Below are positions 1-9,290 of a stretch of 64,000 bases of DNA, one piece after another. The stretch's first letter is position 1. Each line of letters opens with the position of its first letter. Made by a program: the position numbers and the translations under genes. The stretch comes from the human T2T-CHM13v2.0 reference genome, Homo sapiens, in assembly GCF_009914755.1 (NCBI RefSeq), contig NC_060933.1; one strand, 5' to 3'. A model generated the notes under the pieces. The model was not told where the DNA came from and made no database searches. It saw only the letters and a list, made by a program, of their open reading frames with translations.

Positions 1-214
1 GAGCTTGTCTTTGGTCAACTAGCTCTAGAAGAAATGCTTTAAAAAAATCTTTCAAATAGAAGATAGCCAGAAATAATTTAGCACTTACACAAAGAAGTGG
101 ACAGAATCGGAAATTGTAAATATGTATATAACAATAAAATGCTTTTACTCTCTTTATTAAAACTTATTAAAAAATAAATATCTAACTTTGATTTCTCAAA
201 AAAGAGTGACAGGG

Positions 215-550
215 ATCATATTTAGTCTCTTACTCCACTGAAACTACCAACAAACAAAATATATGAACCAATGGTTTTCAAGACATCAGGCAATGAAGGG
301 CAGTGATCCCTGAGAGACAGGAAACAAGGTGAACATTGTAATTGCCACAGCTTATCATCTGGAGAGAGTTTCCAGGCCTAGCAGCAAGAAAAGGAACGCA
401 GTCTGAACAGAAAAGGTTCCCTAAGTTGAGGAGACAGAAATGAGTCCTAGGAGACCAAGGAGGCTAGAATTCTCAGTACAGAGTAATAGAGAGGAGTTAG
501 TTGCACAAAGAGAGAACTTTGAACATATACAGGGGGTGCCTCTCAATTTT
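215..550 (+). mobile_element. Ancient LINE-1 (L1M-type) 5' region fragment
   Basis: caatggttttcaagacatcaggcaatgaagggcagtgatccctgagagacaggaaacaa resembles old L1M 5' ends and the similar segment at ~55340; boundaries approximate. Confidence 0.5.
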
Positions 551-559
551 TTTAGCTCA

Positions 560-775
560 ATATTACTAGAATGCTAATTCCTCCAAAATGGATCTATAGC
601 TTCAATGCAAATACAATCAAAAACCTAGAAGAGATTTCTGTAGAAGTTAACGTACTACTTCTATAATTTATATGGAAAAGCATGGGGCCTAGAATAGACA
701 AAATAATTTTGGAAAAAAAAATGAATAGGAGGGACAAACACTACTTGATATTAAGACTTGTTATGAAGCTGATAT
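560..775 (+). mobile_element. Ancient LINE-1 ORF2 fragment
   Basis: atctatagcttcaatgcaaatacaatcaaaa...atttatatggaaaagc...cctagaatagacaaaataattttg matches the IYRFNAIPIK...FIW...PRIAK region of L1 ORF2. Confidence 0.7.
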
Positions 776-1036
776 TTTTTAAAGGCATTTTTTTCGGAAT
801 GCAAGTGTTGCTGATGTTTTGCCTCACCAGCACACTTCTTTTGAGCTCATGTGAGCCAGGGACAGGGAGACATCTGTTTCCCTTCAGGGGCGTCTTCAGT
901 AGCAGTTTCCTGCCACAAATTCACTCTCCATGTTCTAAATACATATAACCTTGTTCTAGTACTGCCTGTCCTCAAATTGTCCTTTTCTTTTCATTTATTT
1001 TTTAAATTCGGAGCAGCACTACAGAACCTTATAGAT

Positions 1037-1260
1037 CAAGCTTATCCAACCCACGGCCTGTAGGCCTCATGCAGCCCAGCATGGCTTTGAATGTGGCCCA
1101 ACACAAATTTGTGAACTTTCTTAAGACATTATGAGATTTTTCTGTGTGATTTTTTTTTTTTTTAGCCCATCAGTTATCATTAGTGTTAGTGTATTTTATG
1201 TGTGGCCCAAGACAATTCTTTCAGTGTGGCCCAGGGAAGCCAAAAGATTGGACAGTGCTG
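1037..1260 (-). mobile_element. MER30 non-autonomous hAT-Charlie DNA transposon, full length
   Basis: Termini caagcttatccaa...ttggacagtgctg; internal gtgtggcccaagacaattctt and gggaagccaaaagattggac; degenerate 8-bp TSD ttatagat (1029-1036) / ttgcagat (1261-1268). Confidence 0.9.
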
Positions 1261-1825
1261 TTGCAGATGTATTCAAGAACAATAGATAGAAGGACTAATC
1301 AATTGATCCTGGAAAAACTGCAGATAATGGCCTGGAAAAACTACCACTAATCAGAGGATTCAGGCTACTGAGGACCATGGTTTCTAGAACTTATTAAGGC
1401 TGCCATGAACTTAGAACTCACATACTGTTCTAAGATCTTTTAAACCAAAAAAAAATCTGAGATAGATCTCAATCAAGTCAGAAGTTTATTTTGCCAAGAT
1501 TGAGGACACTCCTGGGGAAAAAAAAAAAAAAAAAGGAAAGAAAGAAAGACAAGTTTCAGTTGGATCTGTGGCCTGTGCTTTTTTCCAAAGAAGGTTTTGA
1601 GAACTTCAATATGTAAAGCGGGGAAAGAGGGCAGGAGGGGAAAGAAGAAAAAAAGAGGGAGGGTAGGCAATGAGGCAAGTGGTTACATTTTCGTGAGGCT
1701 TTGATTAGTCTCACTGAATCCACATTTTACATGTGAAAAGGGAGGAAGAGGGGGAAAAAGTCAATTATTCATTCATTCATCTGGCGCTCAGGAAATCTAC
1801 ATTTTATGTAAGATAAAATAAGCCA

Positions 1826-2130
1826 GGCTGGGTGCAGTGGCTCATGCCTGTAATCCCACAACTTTGGGAGGCCAAGGCAGATGGATCACAAGGTCAGAAG
1901 TTTGAGACCAGCCTGGCCAATGTGGTGAAACCCCGTCTCTACTAAAATATAAAAAATTATATATTTTTGAGTGGAGGTGTGTGCCTGTAGTCCCAGCTAC
2001 TCAGGAGGCTAAGGCTGGAGAATCACTTGAACCCAGGAGGCAGAGGTTGCAGTGAGCAGAGAGCGCACCACTGCACTCCAGCCTCAATGACACAGAGAGA
2101 CTCCATCTCAAAAAAAAAAAAAAAAAAAAA
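1826..2130 (+). mobile_element. Alu (AluS, Sg-like), full length
   Basis: ggctgggtgcagtggctcatgcctgtaatccc start, dimeric structure, ggatcacaaggtcag diagnostic, A tail 2110-2130. Confidence 0.97.
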
Positions 2131-2250
2131 GCATGTGAAATTATAGCTATCTGTTTGGGAACAAAACGAAGTCAGTTTTGTTGTTGTCACTGTTGTCGTT
2201 TTTCAAGTGAATCAGTTCCCAAGCTGAACTTTTCCCTTTGGCATAGTGAG

Positions 2251-2703
2251 TTTCATGTGCGTCCGTGTGAAGAGACCACCAAACAGGCTTTGTGTGAGCA
2301 ACATGGCTGTTTATTTCACCTGGGTGCAGGCTGGCTGAGTCCGAAAAGAGAGTCAGCGAAGGGAGATAAGGGTGGGGCCGTTTTATAGGATTTGGGTAGG
2401 TAAAGGAAAATTACAGTCAAAGGGGGTTTGTTCTCTGGCGGGCAGGAGTGGGGGTTGCGAGGTGCTCAGTGGAGGTGCTTTTTGAGCCAGGATGAGCCAG
2501 GAAAAGGACTTTCACAAGGTAATGTCATCCCTTAAAGCAAGGACCAGCCATTTACACTTCTTTTGTGGTGGAATGTCATCAGTTAAGGTGGGGCAGGGCA
2601 TATTCACTTCTTTTGTGATTCTTCAGTTACTTCAGGCCATCTGGGCGTATATGTGCAAGTCACAGGGGATGTGATGGCTTGGCTTGGGCTCAGAGGCTTG
2701 ACA
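2251..2703 (-). repeat. HERV-H 3' LTR (LTR7)
   Basis: Minus strand TGTCAAGCCTCTGAGCCCAAG...CACACGGACGCACATGAAA; direct repeat of 7552-8004. Confidence 0.98.
2310..2315 (-). terminator. Polyadenylation signal AATAAA in the 3' LTR
   Basis: tttatt on + strand within the LTR7 context CCAGGTGAAATAAACAGCC (minus). Confidence 0.8.
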
Positions 2704-2718
2704 TTCCTGCCTTCTTTT
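2704..2718 (-). other. Polypurine tract of HERV-H
   Basis: AAAAGAAGGCAGGAA on minus strand immediately before the TG of the 3' LTR. Confidence 0.9.
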
Positions 2719-2759
2719 ATTAATAATAAAAATAAAACAAAATGGTGTTGAAGTGTTGG

Positions 2760-3060
2760 GGCGGCGAAAATTTTGGGGGGGTGATATGGAGAGAGAATGG
2801 GCGATGTTTCTCAGGGCTGCTTCAAGCGGGATTAGGGGCGGCGTGGGAACCTAGAGTGGGAGAGATTAAGCTGAAGGGAGGTCTTGTGGTAAGGGGTGAT
2901 ATTGTGGGGATGTTAGAAGAAACATTTGTCATATAGAATGATTGGTGATGGCCTGGATATGGTTTTGGATGAGTTGAGAAACTAAATGGAATAACAGAAG
3001 GAGAAAAACAGGTATAAAAGGTCTAAGAATTGGGACGACTCAGGATATCTGATTAGAGAG
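2760..3060 (-). pseudogene. env: HERV-H env remnant (3' end only)
   Basis: Short segment between integrase and PPT with hydrophobic TM-tail-like sequence (...TTTTTCTCCTTCTGTTATTCCATTTAG...ATCCAGGCCATCACCAATC); no room for a full env. Confidence 0.6.
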
Positions 3061-3329
3061 TGCCTAAGGAGATTCAGCATAGTCCTGCCAGCAAAGATTA
3101 TTTATTTACTTCAAGAGTTAAGAGTGGCAGTTTGGGGATAGCACCAGGAGATATCAGCTGTGATGGCTTGGAAAAACAGTGTAAACCGGCAGTGTAAACA
3201 AGAGCAGGGCATGTATGAGTAGTTGAGAACGGTGAATAGGAGTATGACTAGACAGAAGATAGTAGGGATGACAAGTTCTTTTTTGGGGCACAGTCTAAGT
3301 TGGTCTGGTGTCTGGAATGAGACTGGGGC

Positions 3330-3790
3330 CTAATAAAAAGGAGCATCTATACAGGAGCTCAAATGGGCTGTACCCTGTAGCATTCCGAGGACAGGCCTGA
3401 ATTCTGAGAAGGGAAAGTGGTAAAAGTATTGTCCAGTCCTTTTTAAGTTGGTGGCTGAGCTTGGTGAGGTGTGTTTTTAAAAGACCTTTAGTCCATTCTA
3501 CTTTTCTTGAAGATGGAGGACCGTAAGGGATATAAAGGCTTCACTGAATACTAGCAGCCTGAAAAACTGCTTGGTTGATTTGACTAATAAAGGCTCGTCT
3601 GTTATCAGACTGTATTGAGGTGGGAAGGCTAAACTGAGGAATTATGTCTGACAGAAGGGAAGAAATGACTGCGGTGGCCTTCTCAGACCCTGTAGGAAAG
3701 GCCTCTACCTATCCAGTGAAAGTATCTACCTAGACTAAGAGGTATTTTAGTTATCTGACTCCGAGCATGTTGAGTAAAGCTAATTTGCCA
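3330..3790 (-). pseudogene. pol: HERV-H integrase core remnant
   Basis: Manual translation DTFTG*VEAFPTGSEKATAVISSLLSDIIPQFSLPTSIQSDNRRAFISQ...IQ*SLYIPYGPPSSRKVEWTKGLLKTHL; contains stops. Confidence 0.85.
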
Positions 3791-4559
3791 GTCCTGGGTG
3801 GGGCAAATCCTCGAGCTTGATGTCTAGAGAAGGGAGGGGGCCTGAATAATCCCTGAGGAGTAGTAGTATAATAGCAGATGGAACACTGAGAAGTTATTTC
3901 CTTGAGGATAGATTTCCACGATGGAAAGGAAATGAGAGGTTCTAAGAGGCGGGCTAGTGGCTTGTACTATAGCATAACCTGCCTTTGCTTTTGTGTGGCG
4001 ATTAGGCCTGGTGGCACCGCCATCAATAAATCAAGTGTGATCAGGGTGAGGAACAGGAAAGAAGGAAATTTGGGGAAATGGGGTGAATGTCAGGTGGATC
4101 AGAGAGATACAGTCATGGGGGTCAGGTGTGGTATCAGGAATAATGTGGGAGGCCGGATTGAAGTCTGGGCCAGGAACAACGGTAATTGTGGGAGACTCAA
4201 CAAAGAGTGAGTATAGCTGAAGGAGCCAGGAAGCAGAAAGTATATGCGTCAGGTATGAAGAAGAAAATAGATTTTGGAAGTTATGAGAACTGTAGAGAGT
4301 GAGTTGAGCATAGTTTGTGATTTTGAGGGCCTCTAAAAGTATTAATGCAGCGGCAGCCGCTGCACGCAGACATGAGGGCTAGGCTAAAACAGTAAGGTCA
4401 AGTTGTTTGGACAGAAAGGCTACAGGGTGTGGTCCTGGCTCTTGTGTAAGAATTCTGACCACGCTAACCATGCCTAGGAAGGAAAGGAGTTGTTGTTTTG
4501 TAGAAGGTGCTGGGGTTTGAGAGATCAGTTGGACACGATTGGCAGGGAGAGCACGTGTG

Positions 4560-5091
4560 TTTTTATGAGAATTATGCCGAGATAGGTAACAGATGAGGAA
4601 GAAATTTGGTCTTGATTGAAGTAATGGGGGCTGTCTGTGAAGCTTTGCGGCAGTACAGCCTAGGTAATTTGCTGAGCTTGATGGGTGTCAGGGTCAGTCC
4701 AAGTGAAAGTGAAGAGAGGCTGGGATTAAGGGTGCAAAGGAATAGTAAAGAAAGCATGTTTGAGATCTAGAACAGAATAATGGGTTATAGAGGCAGGTAT
4801 TGAGGATAGGAGAGTATATGGGTTTGGCACCACGGGGTGGATAGGCAAAACAATTTGGTTGATAAGGCGCAGATCCTGAACTAACTTGTAAGGCTTGTCT
4901 GGTTTTAGGACAGGTAAAATGGGGGAATTGTAAGGAGAGTTTATAGGCTTTAAAAGGCCATGCTGTAGCAGGCGAGTGATAACAGGCTTTAATCTTTTTA
5001 AAGCGTGCTGTGGGATGGGATATTGGCATTGAGTGGGGTAAGGGTGATGAGGTTTTAATGAGATGGTAAGGGGTGCATGATCGGTCGCCAA
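4560..5091 (-). pseudogene. pol: HERV-H reverse transcriptase remnant (YxDD region deleted)
   Basis: ORF 4726-5091 SPYNSPILPVLKPDKPYKLVQDLRLIN...VLDLKHAFFTIPLHP, then *SQPLFTFTWTDP...T*AVLPQSFTDSPHYFNQ fused directly to DQISSSSVTYLG. Confidence 0.93.
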
Positions 5092-5244
5092 GGAAGGAGT
5101 AGAGGTATCTTATACTTGTGGGTTAAGGTGGGGAGATACAAGAGGAGGACGCAAAGGAGGCTTTGGATTGGGAAGGAGGACGGCAATGAGATACAGCTGT
5201 AGTCCAGGAATCGTCAGGGAAGCAGATAATTTAGTTAAAGTGTC

Positions 5245-5499
5245 TCAGCCTAATAAGGGAACTGGGCAGGTGGGGATAACTAAAAAGGAGTGCTTCAAAG
5301 AGTATTGTCTAAGTTGGCACCAGAGTTGGGGAGTTTTAAGAGGTTTAGAAGCCTGGCCGTCAATACCCACAACAGTTATGGAGGGAAGGGAAACAGGCCC
5401 TTGAAAAGAAGGTAATGTGGAGTGGGTAGCCTCCATATTGATTAAGAAGGGGACGGGCTTACCTTCCACTGTGAGAGTTACTGGAAGCTCGGCGTCCAT
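5245..5499 (-). pseudogene. pro: HERV-H protease remnant
   Basis: VTLTVEGKPVPFLINMEATHSTL...VVGIDG...CPVPLLG: retropepsin layout, but the catalytic DTG reads NME. Confidence 0.9.
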
Positions 5500-5634
5500 G
5501 ATGGTCTAGGGGGCTCCCGAGGCGATCGGGCAGTGTCAGTCTTCAGCCGCTAAGCCGAGAAGATCTGGGAAGGAGTCAGTCAGAGAGCCTTGGGCCAGAG
5601 TTCCTGGGGCTCTGGGAGTGGCTGCCAGGTGAGT

Positions 5635-6500
5635 TGAACAGTCTGATTTTCAGTGGGGTCCCACACAGATGGGACGCGGCTTAGGAGGAATCCCGGGCAG
5701 CGGGCATTCCTTGGCCCAGTGGCCAGATTTCCGGCAAGTGTAGCAAGCTCCTGTGGGAGGAGGTTCTGGAGGAACGCCTGGCTGCTGCGGTTCAGGCGTT
5801 TGGAAGTTCTTGTGTGCTGGAGATGTGGCTGGGGTTTGTCTCACAGTGGAGGCAAGGAATTGCAACTTTTTTCTATTATTGTACACCTTGAAGGCGAGGT
5901 TAATTAAATCGTGTTGTGGGGTTTGAGGGCCGGAATTTAATTTTTGGAGTTTTATTTAATGTCGGGAGCAGATTGGGTAATAAAATGTATTTTGAGAATA
6001 AGACGGCCTTTTGACTTTTTAGGGTCTAGGGCTATAAAGTGTCTCAGGGTTGCTGCCAAACAAGTCATGAACTGGGCTGGATTTTTATATTTGATGAAAA
6101 AGAGCCTAAACGCTATCTGATTTGGGATAAAGAAAAAGGAGCATTAACCTTGACTATGCCTTTGGCTCCAGCCACCTTTTTAAGAGTAAATTGCTGGGCA
6201 GGTGGGGGAGGGCTAGTCACCGAACGAAACTGTAAGCCGGACCAGGTGTGAGGAGGGGAGGCGATAAAAAGATTATAGGGTGGAGGAGCGGAGGCTGAGG
6301 AAGCATTGGGACCTAGCTCGGCCTGGCGAGGAGCAGCCTGGGGAGGAAGGGAGAGGTCAGATGGGTCTGTAGAAAAGGAAGATTAGAAAGACTCAGCGAT
6401 GCTTGGGGTTGGGACTGAGGGGACAGGCAGGAGGGAAAGAAGGAAGATTTGGGACGAGTTGCACTGGGCACAGAGACTAGGAAGGGACTGATGTGTAAAA
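5635..6500 (-). pseudogene. gag: HERV-H gag remnant including nucleocapsid zinc knuckle
   Basis: ORF 5650-5886 contains CYTCRKSGHWAKEC (CX2CX4HX4C); second knuckle broken (RPICVGPH*KSDC); upstream boundary approximate. Confidence 0.85.
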
Positions 6501-6779
6501 GAATGCCTGGACGTCAGGCACCTCAGACCGTTTGCCTATTTTACGACAAGAATTACTTAGATTTTGCAGGATGGAAAAATTCAAAGTGCCATTTTCTGGC
6601 TATTTGGAACTACTGTCAAGTTTGTACTGGGGTCAAGCGGCATTGCAGAAGAAAAGGCATTTAGATTTTAGGTCAGGTGTGAGTTGAAGAGGTTTGAAGT
6701 TTTTGAGAACACAGGCTAAGGGAGAAGAAGGAGGAATGGAAGGTGGAAGCTTACCCATAGTGAAGGAGGCAAGCCCAGA

Positions 6780-7130
6780 GAAAAGAGTAGAGACAGAGAG
6801 AAGGGGTGGAGGGTTCTTGCCCTCCAGAAAAGCAGAGAAGGGGTTGGGGCACGGAAATAAGGGATTGGGGTACAGAGATAAGAGGTCAGGGTGCGGAAAT
6901 AAGGGATTGGGGCACAGAGATAAGAGGTTGGGGTGTGGATATAAGCGATTGGGGGGTTCTTGCCCCCTAGGAAAGCGGGACTTGCCGCTAAGGGTGAAGG
7001 AGAAGGGGTTGAGGGGTACTTGCCCCTGCCCCAGGAAAGCAGAGAAGGGGTAGAGACAAGGAGAGAAGGGGTTGGGGTACTTGCCCCTTCCCCAGAAAAG
7101 CAGGACTTGCCGCTAAGGGTGAAGGACCAA
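6780..7130 (-). repeat. Tandem and duplicated G-rich (+ strand) units in the HERV-H leader
   Basis: About five ~21-bp units (ggggcacggaaataagggatt / ggggtacagagataagaggtc) at 6843-6955; repeated cttgccgctaagggtgaagga at ~6981 and ~7106; repeated gaaaagcagagaagggg-like blocks. Confidence 0.85.
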
Positions 7131-7399
7131 GGCAGGCGTCCCTGCGTGCTCTGACACCTTTGAAACGTGGGTGAACAATCAGAGAGGCATCCCTGCAATG
7201 ATTAAACACCAAGGGAAGGCTGCCATCCCAGTCCGTGACCGGCGCCGGAGTTTTGGGTCCACAGATAAAACGTGTCTCCTTTGTCTCTCCCAGAAAATGA
7301 AAGGAATTGAAATTAAGAGAAAGGAGAGATTGAAGAGTGGAAAGAAGAAAGTGGTTGAGGGACAGTGAGGGAAGTTGGAGAAGAGAGTAAGAAGAGGCC

Positions 7400-7408
7400 G
7401 CTTACCTG
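7400..7408 (-). promoter_or_regulatory. HERV-H major 5' splice donor
   Basis: Minus strand TTTAAATCAG|GTAAGC about 130 nt downstream of the PBS; near-consensus donor. Confidence 0.8.
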
Positions 7409-7531
7409 ATTTAAAATTAGTGAGATGTTCCTTGGGCTGGTTGGTCTGAGGATCTGAGGTTGTAGGTAGATATTTCTCACGGAGCAAAGAACAGGAGGAC
7501 AGGGGATTGATCTCCCAAGGGAGGTCCCCCG

Positions 7532-7549
7532 ATCCGAGTCACAGCACCA
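7532..7549 (-). other. Primer binding site complementary to tRNA-His
   Basis: TGGTGCTGTGACTCGGAT (minus), one CpG transition from TGGTGCCGTGACTCGGAT, 2 nt after the 5' LTR. Confidence 0.95.
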
Positions 7550-7551
7550 AA

Positions 7552-8004
7552 TTTCATGCGCGTCCGTGTGAAGAGACCACCAAACAGGCTTTGTGTGAGC
7601 AACATGGCTGTTTATTTCACCTGGGTGCAGGCGGGCTGAATGCGAAAAGAGAGTCAGTGAAGGGAGATAAGGGTGGGGCCGTTTTATAGGATTTGGGTAG
7701 GTAAAGGAAAATTACAGTCAAAGGGGGTTTGTTCTCTGGCGGGCAGGAGTAGGGGATGCAAGGTGCTCAGTGGGGGTGCTTTTTGAGCCAGGATGAGCCA
7801 GGAAAAGGACTTTCACAAGGTAATGTCATCCCTTAAAGCAAGGACCAGCCATTTACACTTCTTTTGTGGTGGAATGTCATCAGTTAAGGTGGGGCAGGGC
7901 ATATTCACTTCTTTTGTGATTCTTCAGTTACTTCAGGCCATCTGGGCATATATGTGCAAGTCACAGGGGATGTGATGGCTTGGCTTGGGCTCAGAGGCCT
8001 GACA
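7552..8004 (-). promoter_or_regulatory. HERV-H 5' LTR (LTR7, LTR7up-like) promoter/enhancer
   Basis: TGTCAGGCCTCTGAGCCCAAG start; TATAAAA at 7682-7688; two ACAAAAGA SOX-type motifs (7860-7867, 7910-7917); CCCCACC KLF-type motif near 7890. Confidence 0.95.
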
Positions 8005-8519
8005 GTGAGTTTGGGGTTCTGAGATTTTATTTTTCTTTCACAATCTCAATTAATTCCTATAAACAATTAGAAAAGTAAGATTGCTGATTTTTTTCAAAAA
8101 TTTTGTTATAGTAATGATATTATTACTTTGTATGTCTTTTTTCATTTTTCCCTGAATTATCATCTAAGCATATCCTCACTTTTATACATTACCATAATTT
8201 AAATCTGCCGCAATAATCATTATAAACAAACTCTGAAATAATCTTCTTTTTAAAAACAAAACTAATTTAGCTCAGTTCCACAAAAAGTTTTGAAGCCCCA
8301 CTATAATTTTGACCCGAAGTTACAAACATAAATTTATATGCTCTCCTTTCCCAAAAAGGGACAGAATGAAAAGAAACGTGAATATTAACTTTTATTGCAA
8401 TTTCTCCAGACTTCAGACATATCTCCATGTTGTTTCCCAATTTCAGAAGGTTGTTATGCGGAGCTAAATGATCCAAGTGAAATAATGTGTGACTGAACCT
8501 TCTTTTCTAGGATACAAGC

Positions 8520-8685
8520 TGTATAATGTAGAACATGGCTTTGAAAAAGAAAGTCCTCTGAGTCTTCCTAACTGTGGAACTTTGCCAATCTTTTTACACT
8601 TTCTTGGCCTCTCTTCTTACATCTAAATACTAGGATCATCATACCTATTTCACAGGTTTTTTATGAGGATAATATAAGATAATCA
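8520..8685 (+). mobile_element. MIR fragment
   Basis: ttcctaactgtggaactttg...ggcctctcttcttacatctaaa...atacctatttcacaggttttttatgaggataa core pattern. Confidence 0.6.
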
Positions 8686-9174
8686 ATATTAAGTTCCCAA
8701 TTCAGGGCAGGACACCTGGTCATTGTTCAGGCAAACAAATTCCCTCCCTCTAGAGTGGAGGAAGGGACGAAGAGGCTGCTGATCATCAAGAGAAGGGCGA
8801 AAGCTGTCAGCAATAGAACATAACAATTTATAAATTTCGTATTTCACAACAAGCTCTGGGACATCCATGGAAATAAACAAACACAGAGTCTGGGGCCTAT
8901 TCCCAGCCACAGAGTTCAATGCAAATGCACCTGAATGACTAAAGTGTGTTGCAGATGATTCACCAGCCTCTGACTGCAATCTGTGTCCATCTGCTGAACT
9001 AGCCTGGCCACTCCACCCAAAAGGGGCCCACATGGACTTCTTCAGATTATCTCTTAGAGGGAATTCTGCTTGCTCTCAAGGTATCTTAAGCAAAGCACTC
9101 ATTCCAATTATTTAGCAAGATGTGTGAAAGAAGCAGGCAAGTTTTTCCATGCATCCTTAGAGTTCATCAAGATC

Positions 9175-9290
9175 CTATCCCTCTTTTAGCAAAAGGGAAG
9201 ACAGATTCCAGGGAAGTGAGGAGTGACTTGTCCAAGGTGTCACAGACAGACAGACAGACATTCAAGTCTCACCTTTTGGTTTTCTTGTTT
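9175..9290 (-). mobile_element. MIR fragment
   Basis: ggaagacagattccagggaagtgaggagtgacttgtccaaggtgtcacag matches the antisense MIR core. Confidence 0.55.

Larger units (their letters stand above)
2251..8004 (-). mobile_element. HERV-H provirus, common ~5.8 kb deleted form with both LTRs
   Basis: Two 453-bp direct repeats, tRNA-His PBS, PPT, gag-pro-pol remnants in order on the minus strand, 5-bp TSD gtgag at 2246-2250 and 8005-8009. Confidence 0.99.
1439..8042 (-). mobile_element. MER4-group (ERV1) solo LTR split into three pieces (1439-1825, 2131-2250, 8005-8042) by an Alu and HERV-H
   Basis: Minus strand begins TGTGAAAGAAAAATAAAATCTCAGAACCCCAAACTCAC, continues TATGCCAAAGGGAAAAG across the provirus, and ends ...CTTGGCAAAATAAACTTC...ATCTCAGA; 4-bp TSD atct at 1435-1438 and 8043-8046. 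Confidence 0.85.

Noticed and set aside
1308-1342. Direct repeat cctggaaaaact twice
   Set aside because: 12-bp repeat with no element hallmarks between the copies; likely a chance microduplication
2492-2674. Identical 60-aa ORF at 2492-2674 and 7793-7975, suggesting a duplicated gene
   Set aside because: Both lie antisense within the two LTRs; the identity simply reflects the LTR repeat
6843-6955. Regularly spaced repeats resembling a CRISPR array
   Set aside because: Units are tandem with no unique spacers, there are no cas genes, and the context is a eukaryotic retroviral leader
6716-7198. 160-aa ORF in the HERV-H leader
   Set aside because: Pro/Ser/Thr-rich translation of C-rich repeats with no recognisable domain; no support for a real protein
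7532-7549. tRNA-His-like sequence
   Set aside because: Only the 18-nt primer binding site; no cloverleaf or A/B boxes, so not a tRNA gene
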